64,000 nt of DNA from Pseudomonadota bacterium (GCA_009927005.1 RFNV01000210.1:5725-69724), one strand, 5' to 3'; numbered from the stretch's first letter, positions 9,285-18,599 are shown. Numbers and translations: made by a program. Notes: generated by a model from the sequence alone, not told the origin.

Positions 9285-11943
9285 CCACAAACTCTTCTTC
9301 AGCAGCTTCTTTCAGCATTTTTTCTGCCGTTTCAGCAATGCTTTCGGCATCTAAATGATGGAGTTCGAAAATATCCCAAGTCGTTCCCGACTTAGATGTT
9401 TTTCTCACAGAAAGGCTGTGGTGTTTTACACCAACAATCGACCCGATATTATCGAGAAGCCCTGGCTCTCCGTCATGAACTGACACAATGGGAACTCTCC
9501 CACTCTTAAGAGACAACCACTCTCCTCGATTTGAAATCTCTTTTGGGTTGATTGAATGCAGATAGAGATTTCCCGAAATACCCAAGCCCTCTTTGAGGTG
9601 CTCATAGGTATCGTGGTAAGCAAAGTTTCCTAAAAGCAGATCGGAACTCGTCACTACAAACACGTTTGCGTAAATCCCCTGCTCAAGGAGCTTATCCGAA
9701 GCTTTCAGAGCTTCTGGAACAAGCGCCCCCATGGCGAAAAGGTGAACGACGTTGTCCCCAGGACGGTAGTCTTCAAATCCTTGATAATCGATGAGCGCGT
9801 AAGCCCCTTTGAGGGTGTGCTGCCGAATCGTTTCAAGAATTTCACTATCCGTTTGGCCCTCGAAACGTTTTTGCTTTTTTAATCTCTCAAGTAACTCTTT
9901 TTGGACAATACCTTTGGTCACCCCTCGAATGAGAACCGACTCTCTATCTTGATTCTCCTGAGTGAAATGTCTTCTTAAGTGGTCGGCTAAAATCCACTCA
10001 AGCTCTTTAGCAAAACAGGGTTCCCAAGTAACACAGTTAGGAATTTGAAAATCTGATTTCCAAGAATGCTGGGCTCCCTCAGCGGCCAAAGTCACACCAC
10101 TCGGAGTTCCAATCGTGGCAAAAGCAGAGTGCCAATAGAGATTGTAATAGAGCTGATCATGCGCACGCTTAATAAAAAAGTCGTAGATCGTCATCGAAGG
10201 GAAAAAAGGAATTCCCGTAAAATAGAAGAACTTTCCAAAGGATCCTGCTGCTGACATGCAGTTACCTTCAGCGATTTCAAATCGAATATGGCCAGTACGT
10301 TTATCTAAGTGAGGAACCACATCGGGAGCTTTGGTGTCTTTTGCGCCATACTCTGCTTCGAAATCTTCTTGGCCAATATCTCCGTAGAGCTTTCCATTCA
10401 TGTTGGGGCTCGTATTTGTAGAGCTTCCCACATCAGGGGCCATGGTCATAAAGTACTTAGCTACTTTAGCCCATTGCTTATCATTCTCTGTTTCGGCTTT
10501 GGCGTTTCCATGCGCCAATCGATCAAGCTTCGCAGCAATTTGCCCCCACATCCATTGCGTGTGTGCAATCGGACTAAACTTTAGGGCAGTGATATCGAAA
10601 TCCGTTGGGAAATCCACTGCTCGAACCTCTTTAAGCCAGTTCTCTTTTCTTTGCTCAATCTGCTTAATGAGTTTTTCAATTCCCTCGGTCAGTTCTTTTC
10701 TTCGAGTGACAAGAAACTTTTCTTCGGCCGTGCTGCTATCAAAGTCCTGAAAAGGATCTTCGTGAGAAGTGCCGAGCCGCTTACTCATCTCGATAAGTTC
10801 ATCTTCTTCGGGCATAGCCGAGTGATTTCCCGAGTGTCCTGCACAGCGAAGACTGTGCCCTTTGATGGTATAAGCAACTAAGAGGGTGGGACGCTTTGGG
10901 TGTTTTTTTGCTTCTTGAAATACTTCTACCAAGCTCTCAATGTCATGGCCGCCAAAGTTGTAAAAGATTTTTCCGAGTTCATCATCACTGAGTTCTTTTA
11001 AAAACTTTTGAAGTTTTGCTGATTTTTTACCCAGCACTTCGCGAATCAACTTTAGGTTTTGAGAAGATACTAACGCTTGAAGTTCAAAATCTGTGATTTC
11101 TTCATCTAAAACTCGCTTGAGTTCCTCCCCCCCTGGTTTCTTAAAGGCTTTTTCGCGAATTTTTCCGTGTTTTAGCTTAACACTTCTCCACCCGTTGGCT
11201 TCTCCAAGACGGCAAATTCTGTCGGCATCGCTTCCACCCAGAGCTTCTTCGTTTAGGATTCGAGTGCCATCTAGATTCTGTCGGTTGTAATCAACTATCC
11301 AAACTAAGTTTCCTAACTGTCTTTCTCCTGCATCGGGCATTGCTTCCATTAAGGAGCCTTCTCGAAATTCAGAGTCTCCCATAATGCAGTAAAAAGTGGG
11401 ATCCTCTTGAAGATCGTACCCATGGTCTTTGGCAAAAGCGTATCCGAGACTTGTATAAAGGGCGTTTACTGGCGGAATCCCAACAGAGCCCGATGGATAG
11501 TACCGAAAAGAATCGGGATCACTCTCCGCGTGGTAAGACTGAAAAACGGGTTCTCCAGTTTTTGAAAAATGCCGCAGGTTTCTCATCGCTACTTGGCGAT
11601 CGGAGAGCTCCATCCGGTTGCCTTCTTTGTCTCGAAAATTATGGAGCAAAAAATTAAACGCGTGATCTAGGGGCGAAATGTGTGGCTTACAAGCCAAGTA
11701 GTCTTCTGGCTTTCGCATCACGAGATGAATGGCAGCTAAAATATGCTTGGAAGAAGCACAAGCTGTGGGATGGCCGCCCACTTTGGGTTCGCCCTTTTCT
11801 TTCAGAGGGCGGTGATTAGCCAAATGGATCATTTCGAGCGCTAACCAATAAGCGCGATCAGTAATGCGGTGCAGCACATCAAAGTTTAGGCCTTGAGCAG
11901 AGGTCGATTTTTCTTTGGTGTTTTTTTTAGTTTCTGTCCTCAT
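9265..11943 (-). CDS. aceE: pyruvate dehydrogenase E1 component, homodimeric type (AceE family)
   Basis: 892 aa. GGHPTACASS and FYCIMGDSEFREGSLMEAMPDAGERQLGNLVWIVDYNRQNLDG align with E. coli AceE (GGHMASFQSS...FLGDGEMDEPES...NLVFVINCNLQRLDG). No E2 or E3 gene is adjacent. Confidence 0.85.
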   Translation of the reverse strand: MRTETKKNTKEKSTSAQGLNFDVLHRITDRAYWLALEMIHLANHRPLKEKGEPKVGGHPTACASSKHILAAIHLVMRKPEDYLACKPHISPLDHAFNFLLHNFRDKEGNRMELSDRQVAMRNLRHFSKTGEPVFQSYHAESDPDSFRYYPSGSVGIPPVNALYTSLGYAFAKDHGYDLQEDPTFYCIMGDSEFREGSLMEAMPDAGERQLGNLVWIVDYNRQNLDGTRILNEEALGGSDADRICRLGEANGWRSVKLKHGKIREKAFKKPGGEELKRVLDEEITDFELQALVSSQNLKLIREVLGKKSAKLQKFLKELSDDELGKIFYNFGGHDIESLVEVFQEAKKHPKRPTLLVAYTIKGHSLRCAGHSGNHSAMPEEDELIEMSKRLGTSHEDPFQDFDSSTAEEKFLVTRRKELTEGIEKLIKQIEQRKENWLKEVRAVDFPTDFDITALKFSPIAHTQWMWGQIAAKLDRLAHGNAKAETENDKQWAKVAKYFMTMAPDVGSSTNTSPNMNGKLYGDIGQEDFEAEYGAKDTKAPDVVPHLDKRTGHIRFEIAEGNCMSAAGSFGKFFYFTGIPFFPSMTIYDFFIKRAHDQLYYNLYWHSAFATIGTPSGVTLAAEGAQHSWKSDFQIPNCVTWEPCFAKELEWILADHLRRHFTQENQDRESVLIRGVTKGIVQKELLERLKKQKRFEGQTDSEILETIRQHTLKGAYALIDYQGFEDYRPGDNVVHLFAMGALVPEALKASDKLLEQGIYANVFVVTSSDLLLGNFAYHDTYEHLKEGLGISGNLYLHSINPKEISNRGEWLSLKSGRVPIVSVHDGEPGLLDNIGSIVGVKHHSLSVRKTSKSGTTWDIFELHHLDAESIAETAEKMLKEAAEEEFVVNPSVL

Positions 11944-12003
11944 GAGGGCTAGCAGTCTATAAGCTTCTGGGGCTCTCGAAAAGAGTTTCCTTTTGTCAAA
12001 TGC

Positions 12004-12552
12004 CTACTCATCCCCCACTTCGGGCTCACTTCCCGAGCTTAGGTATCGGCCATATTCTTTAGTAAAAGCCAGGCGGGTCAGATCCGTGATTCTATCAATA
12101 TAAAGCTTTCCCAGAAGGTGGTCACATTCGTGTTGGATGACGGTGGCAGCAAACCCCTTCGCTTCAAACCCTACCCTTTCCCCTTTTTGGTCTAAAGCTC
12201 TTACTTTAATCCAATGAGGCCGGGGGACATCCCCTTGGAGACCGGGCACACTTAAACACCCCTCCGGAAAAGTAGAGGTTTCCTGAGTAAGGGGTTCAAT
12301 CTCTGGATTAATGAGCACTTTTAAATAGGGTTCAACCCCTGGATCAAAATCCCAAATCATCACGACGATTTGAAGGCTTACGTGAATTTGGGGAGCGGCA
12401 AGCCCGCGACCATCGTATTCGACCATGGTCTCTACCATGTCTTGGATGAGCGTTTGGATAGCTTCAGAAGATATCTCTGTTTCAGGAACCGGCTGGGCTA
12501 CTTGCCTTAGAATGGGGTGCCCCATCACTGCTACTTTTCGAATCGCCATCAC
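12004..12552 (-). CDS. def: peptide deformylase
   Basis: All three PDF motifs are present: GLAAPQI, EGCLSVPG and HECDHLLG. Confidence 0.9.
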   Translation of the reverse strand: MMAIRKVAVMGHPILRQVAQPVPETEISSEAIQTLIQDMVETMVEYDGRGLAAPQIHVSLQIVVMIWDFDPGVEPYLKVLINPEIEPLTQETSTFPEGCLSVPGLQGDVPRPHWIKVRALDQKGERVGFEAKGFAATVIQHECDHLLGKLYIDRITDLTRLAFTKEYGRYLSSGSEPEVGDE

Positions 12553-12558
12553 AATCTC

Positions 12559-13071
12559 CTACAAACTAACGCCCAGTTCTTTCATCTCTTCAATGATTTT
12601 AAGTCGATTGTAGAGATTCACTTTAGGACCTTCGAGAGGCTGGTACACATCTTTTGTGTAATAACCGGTCGTCAAATAAAGCCCTTTTGCACTGGTGACG
12701 CTTTTGATGAAATCTTTAAATTCCAAAATTGTGGCCATGGAAACATAGGGGTTTTCGGGAGTGGCTTGATGAAAGCCAAGCACATAGCTGCCCCAGAAAA
12801 GCTCATTCTTACTTTCAGCAACCCAATACACTTCTGTTTCGTCAATGGGGATAGTAGTTTTAAGAACTAAATCATTTTTTTCGCAAATTTTTTCTCCCAG
12901 TCGATAGAGATCATTCAGAGATAGAGCCCGAACCGCTTTAGGATCACGAGCCTCATCGTCCTCAGGAGGGGCAAACTGAATCGGCTGAGGAGGGCTGTTT
13001 TTAGTTATAAAAACAGAAAGGAGCATCCCTAGAAAAATAGCGCCAAATGCAATTGCTAAAATACTAAACAT
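12559..13071 (-). CDS. membrane-anchored hypothetical protein, possible restriction-endonuclease-like (Mrr_cat-type) domain
   Basis: 170 aa. N-terminal TM helix ILAIAFGAIFLGMLLSVFI. The C-terminal KGLYLTTGYYTKDV...VNLYNRLKIIEE segment resembles the C-terminal core of the Mrr_cat / PD-(D/E)xK restriction-endonuclease fold, and D...ESK may be the catalytic triad. Overlaps the upstream upp-like gene by 8 nt. The fold assignment is tentative. Confidence 0.45.
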   Translation of the reverse strand: MFSILAIAFGAIFLGMLLSVFITKNSPPQPIQFAPPEDDEARDPKAVRALSLNDLYRLGEKICEKNDLVLKTTIPIDETEVYWVAESKNELFWGSYVLGFHQATPENPYVSMATILEFKDFIKSVTSAKGLYLTTGYYTKDVYQPLEGPKVNLYNRLKIIEEMKELGVSL

Positions 13072-13975
13072 AAGAGTTATTAATCACTTCACCCAAGCCC
13101 CCCGCGCCGGGAACAATGTATTGCTTGGGGTTTAATCCCTTTTCCTGATCCCAATGAGTGCCTGGAACCGTATCTAAAATATCGGCAGAACTTAATCCCC
13201 TATCAAGCCGTAACGCATAGACGATGACACTGGGATCTGTTTGCCTTAAGAGCTTCAAGTACTCAGGAGTGATCACCAAATGAATGGCGATGAACTTTTT
13301 GGGCTTTCCGAGCTTTTGATAAATTTCAATGGCGGAAAGAATCGTGGAGCCCGTTGCCCCCATGGGATCGGGAACAATGACAATTCTATCTTGGACATCA
13401 CCGCCAATTTTGAGGCCGCCCAACTGAGTTCCAATCACCTGTTCTTTTGCATCCGTTTTTCGATTGATACTGATATGATCTTGCCGGACTCCATCGGGAT
13501 TTAAAAAATAATTGAAGGCATCAAAACAAATTTGAGACGGAACGGTTCCGGCCCGAGCGAGGCTTACACAAGTTACTTTAGTATCGGGATCAATGACCTT
13601 GGCTTTAAAAGCCCCTTGCGGGTGCTGGGCTTTCATTCGGGTTTCGACAGTCGCCTCAACTAATGGAAATTCCTGATTTACGACTACTTTTACGAGTTCC
13701 CGATAAAGCGTATTTAAAAGCGAGTTGATAAGAGGCTGCTTGCAATCAGGGCGGCCAAGCTTAGCCAAAGTGGTGAAGAGGTAGGGATCACTTAAAATAT
13801 GGATGTTTTGCCCGTATCGATGCTCGATTTGGGAAATCAGGTATTCTTGTTTTAAGTATTGATTATCTTGAAGCATATCAACGGCAAAACACTCTTTTCG
13901 ACGACTAATGTCAAGTAAATGGCGAAAATAGTTGCTGGGCTTGGGTTTTGCGACAACCTTGACCACTCTTTTCAA
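13064..13975 (-). CDS. upp: uracil phosphoribosyltransferase-family protein (extended)
   Basis: 303 aa. PRPP-binding motif IVIVPDPMGATGSTI and C-terminal YIVPGAGGLGE match the UPRTase YIIPGLGDAGD motif. It carries a ~55-aa N-terminal extension and an insertion before the C-terminal motif, compared with 208-aa E. coli Upp. Confidence 0.7.
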   Translation of the reverse strand: MKRVVKVVAKPKPSNYFRHLLDISRRKECFAVDMLQDNQYLKQEYLISQIEHRYGQNIHILSDPYLFTTLAKLGRPDCKQPLINSLLNTLYRELVKVVVNQEFPLVEATVETRMKAQHPQGAFKAKVIDPDTKVTCVSLARAGTVPSQICFDAFNYFLNPDGVRQDHISINRKTDAKEQVIGTQLGGLKIGGDVQDRIVIVPDPMGATGSTILSAIEIYQKLGKPKKFIAIHLVITPEYLKLLRQTDPSVIVYALRLDRGLSSADILDTVPGTHWDQEKGLNPKQYIVPGAGGLGEVINNSYV

Positions 13976-14007
13976 TGTTAGGTAAGAGAAAGTTTTGGGG
14001 GAATTTC

Positions 14008-14574
14008 ATGCAGCTATCGCTAGGCCTTGATGAACACGTCGTTTTTGACCTGGAAACCACGGGTCTTTCCGCTTGGGGCGATGAAATCATCGAAATTGGG
14101 GCAATCAAGATCTTAGGCAATGAAATTGATGAAAAAAATACATTTCATTCGTTGGTGAACCCCAAGCGACTCATTCCCCCCGAAGCCACGGCGATCAGTG
14201 GGATCACAAACGATATGGTCAAGGATGCCCCAAAAATCGATGAAGTATTGCCCAGGTTTTTAGATTTTGTCGGAGATGCCTATTGGGTAGCCCATAACGC
14301 CCGATTCGATATGTCATTTATCATGAAGCACTTGATGCAAATGAAAGTAAAACGACAAATTGAAGTTTACGATACAGTGATTTTTTCAAGACGAGCATTC
14401 CCGGGAGAACAACGTCACAATTTAGATGTGCTTTGCCAACGCTTGTCTTTAACTTTCGATCCGAAAACTCGACACCGTTCTATGACCGACGTCGAACTCA
14501 CTGCAAAAGCCTTCGTGCTTTTAAAAGAACGGCTCGGGGACAAGTGTCCTGCTCGCGAAAAATATTCGATTTGA
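14008..14574 (+). CDS. DnaQ-like (DEDDh) 3'-5' exonuclease domain protein
   Basis: Exo I motif VVFDLETTGL, Exo II YWVAHNARFDMSF and Exo III HRSMTDVELTAKAF are present. Start set at ATG 14008, because the ORF-track start at 13975 overlaps the divergent gene's start. Confidence 0.8.
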   Translation: MQLSLGLDEHVVFDLETTGLSAWGDEIIEIGAIKILGNEIDEKNTFHSLVNPKRLIPPEATAISGITNDMVKDAPKIDEVLPRFLDFVGDAYWVAHNARFDMSFIMKHLMQMKVKRQIEVYDTVIFSRRAFPGEQRHNLDVLCQRLSLTFDPKTRHRSMTDVELTAKAFVLLKERLGDKCPAREKYSI

Positions 14575-16392
14575 TCACAAGGGCAGAGTGACTGTGAATT
14601 CGGAGCCTTCGCCTTCTTGGCTCTTCACTTCAATTTTTCCGCCATGGGCCTGAGTCAGCTGGCGACAAATATACAGACCGAGTCCTAGACCACGACTATT
14701 CGGGGACCCCGAAGAAAATCGCTCGAAGATCTTTCGCTGTTGGGTCTTGGGAATTCCCAACCCCCGATCGCAAACGGAGAATCGCGCTTTTCGTTCTTTT
14801 TCCAAAAACTCAGCTTTGATCAAAATAGGTTTTCCATTTCCATATTTAAGGGCGTTGGAAATCAAATTACTGATAATCTGTTCTAGTCTTAAAGCGTCCC
14901 AATTTCCGACAATCGGGTCTTTGGGGCTCCACTCAATCTCAACTCCCTGAGCCTTTGCCTGTGAGTGGAAGCGCTTGCACACTTCACCGATGTGAAACAA
15001 CAAATCAGATTCCGTCCTTTCCAGTTGAACCTTTCCTATTCGAATCTGAGTGATATCAAATAGCTGGCCTATAAGATGCGATAGTTTTTGAATCTGCTCC
15101 CGACAAAACTCCGCAGATTTTATATTTTCGGGCTTCACATTCTGTCCCTCTTGAAGCTGTCGCTCCAACATCTGAACTTGAAGCTGAAGAGAAGTAAGAG
15201 GGGTCTTTAATTCGTGAGAGGCAACTGAAATAAAATCATCTCGCGTTTGAACAGCATTTTTAACATCTTCGTGTAGTTTTGCGTTGTTGAGCGCATTTGT
15301 ACACAACTGGGTAAACTCAGTGAGCATTCTAATTTTTCGTGAATCAAAGGCTTGTTCCTTTTTTAAGCAGTAGACGTAAGCGCCATAAGCCCCCCCTCTC
15401 AAGAGAATGGGAAAAATAGCCGCCTCTGAAAATCCGTTATCTCTCAGAAATAAATTTGTAAGAGCTTTAATGACTAAGACTTCAACTTTCCCCTCTCGAA
15501 TCTGGTCCCAATTTACTTCTTCCAAAAGCCCCAAGAGCTCTTCTTTGGCTTTCGAATCTGATTCGGCGATGTTTATAGTAGTTCCCCAATCAGCAAAGAG
15601 AGGCACTGGATGAGTTTCAGACATCGAGAGAATAGAATCAAAGTCGAGGGAGCTATTGAGCGTCGTTGTTGCTTCCTTCAAAAATTGTTGATCTTCGACT
15701 TGAACCATCTCTGCCTCGATATCGGTGCTTGTCCCACACCATAAGAGCACCTTTCCGCTTCCATCTTTTACGGGCGTAGCACGGTAGTGAAACCGTCGAT
15801 ACATTCCATCCTTTCCCTTTAAAGGAAATTGAACTTCAAACTCCGCTTTGGTTTCTAAACCATTTTTCCACTTAGAAAGAACCAAGGGAAAATAATCAGG
15901 ATGATGAACGTGTCGCCAATTGATTCCGGCCTTTTCTTGTGGCGAGCTACCAGTGTAACGGTACCAAGCATCGTTATACCAGAGTGCTTGTCCGTCTCCG
16001 TCTGCAACCGAGACAAGTTCTGGTATAGAATTAGCTAATAGTCGAAAGTGTTCTTCACTTTGTTTCAAATGGTTTTGGGAACGCTCTATTGTGTCTGCCA
16101 AGGTTGAAAGGAGAAATCGAGTTACCCAGGACATCCCCACGGCAAATAGGGTTGCCGCAACAATGAGCGCTACTGTGAGAAAATAGCTTCGCGGATATAA
16201 CTCCAAAAACAAAAGAACTCCCAGCCCCATGATGACCGGAGCCAAGATGGTGACCCACATGAGACCCCTAAAGGCTGACTGAGTTCGGATTTCTGGAATT
16301 TGTCCATCTAGAGTTTGGAAAAAGTTTTGGGGTTTACCCAGGGAGGTTAGAAACTTCTCGGATTCTCGAATTCTTCGAAACAGAAAGCGCAT
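14575..16392 (-). CDS. PAS-domain sensor histidine kinase
   Basis: 605 aa. N-terminal TM helices, PAS region (SIPELVSVADGDGQALWYNDAWYRYTG), HisKA H-box SHELKTPLTSLQL and HATPase_c motifs (NALKYGNG, GLGLGLYICRQL). No response regulator is adjacent. Confidence 0.85.
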   Translation of the reverse strand: MRFLFRRIRESEKFLTSLGKPQNFFQTLDGQIPEIRTQSAFRGLMWVTILAPVIMGLGVLLFLELYPRSYFLTVALIVAATLFAVGMSWVTRFLLSTLADTIERSQNHLKQSEEHFRLLANSIPELVSVADGDGQALWYNDAWYRYTGSSPQEKAGINWRHVHHPDYFPLVLSKWKNGLETKAEFEVQFPLKGKDGMYRRFHYRATPVKDGSGKVLLWCGTSTDIEAEMVQVEDQQFLKEATTTLNSSLDFDSILSMSETHPVPLFADWGTTINIAESDSKAKEELLGLLEEVNWDQIREGKVEVLVIKALTNLFLRDNGFSEAAIFPILLRGGAYGAYVYCLKKEQAFDSRKIRMLTEFTQLCTNALNNAKLHEDVKNAVQTRDDFISVASHELKTPLTSLQLQVQMLERQLQEGQNVKPENIKSAEFCREQIQKLSHLIGQLFDITQIRIGKVQLERTESDLLFHIGEVCKRFHSQAKAQGVEIEWSPKDPIVGNWDALRLEQIISNLISNALKYGNGKPILIKAEFLEKERKARFSVCDRGLGIPKTQQRKIFERFSSGSPNSRGLGLGLYICRQLTQAHGGKIEVKSQEGEGSEFTVTLPL

Positions 16393-16600
16393 AAGGGAAC
16401 CGTGGCCTTTGAGATTGAATAGCTGCGAGAACCGTACCAGCCGGTAAAATCCAGCTAGGCTCGAACTTTGATTAAAAGGCCCGACCGCTCTTCACGAATA
16501 CGCAGAGAAGTCGATTAAACTAAGAACACAGGACAAAAGAATGCTCACACGTAACTTGGCTCACTAATTCAATAGCTTGCCCGTGATGCCTCCGGAATAC

Positions 16601-16633
16601 ACGAATAAAAAAGTGACGAACTAAAAAGTTCGT
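16601..16633 (-). terminator. candidate intrinsic terminator downstream of the 16646-17188 gene
   Basis: Minus-strand RNA ACGAACU-UUUU-AGUUCGU forms a 7-bp stem with a 4-nt loop, followed by CAC and a UUUUUU tract. It lies 13 nt past the stop codon. Confidence 0.45.
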
Positions 16634-16645
16634 AAACTAAAAGGA

Positions 16646-17188
16646 TCAAAGACTTAGGCTCAAACTTACTGTGGGTGCGAATAAAAAGAACCCGCTCAAG
16701 CTTCCATACTTTGCTTCAACACTCAGATTCATTGTAGAGCTGACTGGAATCATCAGGCCCGGACGAAAAACCAACATAAAATCAAAACCCGGCCCCCCAG
16801 TAGGTTGGGCAACCCACCAATAGCCTCCAGCAGATAAACCGATAAAGGGAACCCAGGTTGATTTAGCATTCAAGTGATAAATCACGGTTGGAAGCAATTG
16901 AAGTCCCGTGGATGATTCTGTGGTGCTAAACGCCTTGCCCCAAAAATGAAGTCCCAGATCAGCACCGACGTAAAGCCTGGACGAGGGCTCGGTCTGCCAG
17001 AGCATCCCAAACGAAAGTCCCGCACCGGTTTCTCCAGGATCGACAAACATAGGAACTGCTAAACCAGGTGAAAAAAATATTTTGCCTGACTCAGCGGCTG
17101 TAGCTGTAGCTCTAGCTCCGAGTGCGGGTTGGCCGATTAACACAAAAGCAAAGCTTAAGAAAAGAAAAGACTTGTGAAGATTCTGCAC
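16646..17188 (-). CDS. hypothetical secreted or outer-membrane protein
   Basis: 180 aa. Signal peptide FLFLSFAFVLIGQPALGA. Gly/aromatic-rich amphipathic strands suggest a beta-barrel. No specific family recognised. Confidence 0.5.
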   Translation of the reverse strand: MQNLHKSFLFLSFAFVLIGQPALGARATATAAESGKIFFSPGLAVPMFVDPGETGAGLSFGMLWQTEPSSRLYVGADLGLHFWGKAFSTTESSTGLQLLPTVIYHLNAKSTWVPFIGLSAGGYWWVAQPTGGPGFDFMLVFRPGLMIPVSSTMNLSVEAKYGSLSGFFLFAPTVSLSLSL

Positions 17189-17275
17189 GAGAGCTCCTAA
17201 ATAAAAGTTTTTGTTAATTTAACAAAAGCTTTTGGAATTTAAAAGGAACTCTCGCGGCAGATTATCTACAGAACC

Positions 17276-17572
17276 TTAGTATTTCAGCATTACGCAGTGA
17301 ACTTCTTCGTCTGCTAGATCTTTCCAATCAAGGCCCTTATCGCAGGCTTTTTTACGAAGCTGGTTCATTGCAACGCAAGCATTCGACCCTTTGGCATAAA
17401 GAGGCTTCCTTAAAACTTCTCCTCCAACGGACAAGGATACGCACCAAACTGGCGCGACCATTTGAATGCACATGGATTGCTGATAATCAGAGCATTTATT
17501 TTCGGCAGATGCGTTCTTTGAAAATAATACCCCTACAGATAATAAGGTAATCACCCAAAATAATTTCTTCAT
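17276..17572 (-). CDS. small secreted cysteine-rich protein (hypothetical)
   Basis: 98 aa. Signal peptide MKKLFWVITLLSVGVLFSKNASA followed by 8 Cys residues. No homology recognised. Confidence 0.5.
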   Translation of the reverse strand: MKKLFWVITLLSVGVLFSKNASAENKCSDYQQSMCIQMVAPVWCVSLSVGGEVLRKPLYAKGSNACVAMNQLRKKACDKGLDWKDLADEEVHCVMLKY

Positions 17573-17656
17573 TTGTTTCTCCCCGTGACCCTGATACTAG
17601 CGAAAGAGTACGGGGCTAATTTGAGCCAAATGAGGAGATTTTTTCAAAGTTTGGGC

Positions 17657-17695
17657 AAAAAAAAGGACGGGAAAAAGAACATTCTTTTTCCCACC
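17657..17695 (-). terminator. strong orphan intrinsic terminator (minus strand)
   Basis: Minus-strand RNA GGUGGGAAAAAG-AAUGUU-CUUUUUCCCGUC forms a 12-bp stem with two G-U pairs, then C and an 8-U tract (plus-strand A-run 17657-17664). No annotated minus-strand gene ends here. Confidence 0.5.
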
Positions 17696-17995
17696 CCTCG
17701 AGAATCGTTACTAACTAGGTCTTCCTTTACGATGTTTTCGTAATTTTCTTGGGTCATTTTTGCAAATGTACCCTGAACTGAATCATCGCAACCTTTGGGG
17801 AACGTTGAAAAGGCGAAAAGCACTTTTTCAAAAAGACATATGGCAATAATCAGGGTCCGAATCATAGGGCGTTAACAAAAATCCAGTAAAGCATACACTA
17901 CTGACGCTAAGCGGGGTGAAAAAACAAAATCAAACCCCTAAAATCATCCTCTAACTGTTCGATTTATCAATTTTTAAAAAATTCAGGAGAACCTA

Positions 17996-18592
17996 ATGAA
18001 ACGTTTCTTTTCAGCCATTTTAATTGTGACTTCCCTTCCCGCACTATCTGCTAGTTGGGATATTGATGATGCTCACACAACTGCCAAGTTCAAAATTCGC
18101 CATTTGATGGTTTCAAATGTTTATGGCCAAATCACCGGTGCGAAAGGGTCGCTGGAAATGGATGACAAAGATCCGACGAAGACTACCGGCACGGTCACCC
18201 TAGATGTTGCAACAGTTAACACAGCGAATGAAAAACGGGATGCCCATTTAAAAGGGGAAGATTTTTTTGATGTCGCTAAGCACCCTACTATCACCTACAC
18301 CATCAAGAAGGTATCAAAAGGCAAAGGTGGCAAATATAAAATGGATGGAGAACTCACTATGAAGGGGGTTACGAAAGCTGTTTCTCTCAATGACGTAGAA
18401 ATTACTCCCACCGTAAAAGATCCGTGGGGCGGAATTCGAAGAGGATTCTCTGGAACCACTTCTCTCAGCCGAAAAGAGTATGGTCTTACTTGGAACAAAC
18501 AACTCGATGGCGGTGGAATGGTTGTGGGTGATACCGTTGACATTGAAGTCGCGGCAGAACTTAAAGAAAAACCAGCTACTGTAAAAAACTAA
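17996..18592 (+). CDS. yceI: YceI-family periplasmic polyisoprenoid-binding protein
   Basis: Signal peptide, then WDIDDAHTTAKFKIRHLMVSNVYGQ and the rest of the protein match the YceI family pattern. AGGAGA ribosome-binding site upstream. Confidence 0.85.
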   Translation: MKRFFSAILIVTSLPALSASWDIDDAHTTAKFKIRHLMVSNVYGQITGAKGSLEMDDKDPTKTTGTVTLDVATVNTANEKRDAHLKGEDFFDVAKHPTITYTIKKVSKGKGGKYKMDGELTMKGVTKAVSLNDVEITPTVKDPWGGIRRGFSGTTSLSRKEYGLTWNKQLDGGGMVVGDTVDIEVAAELKEKPATVKN

Positions 18593-18599
18593 ACTGCGC

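Noticed and set aside
10066-10881. Cluster of plus-strand ORFs of 62-116 aa inside aceE
   Set aside because: They are antisense shadows of the well-supported AceE frame, with biased, low-complexity translations.
17644-17865. 73-aa minus-strand ORF in the intergenic region upstream of yceI
   Set aside because: A strong intrinsic terminator (stem 17666-17695, U-tract 17657-17664) lies inside its coding region, upstream of its stop codon. The C-terminal FFFPSFF residues come from the hairpin and A-run, so it is probably not a real protein gene.
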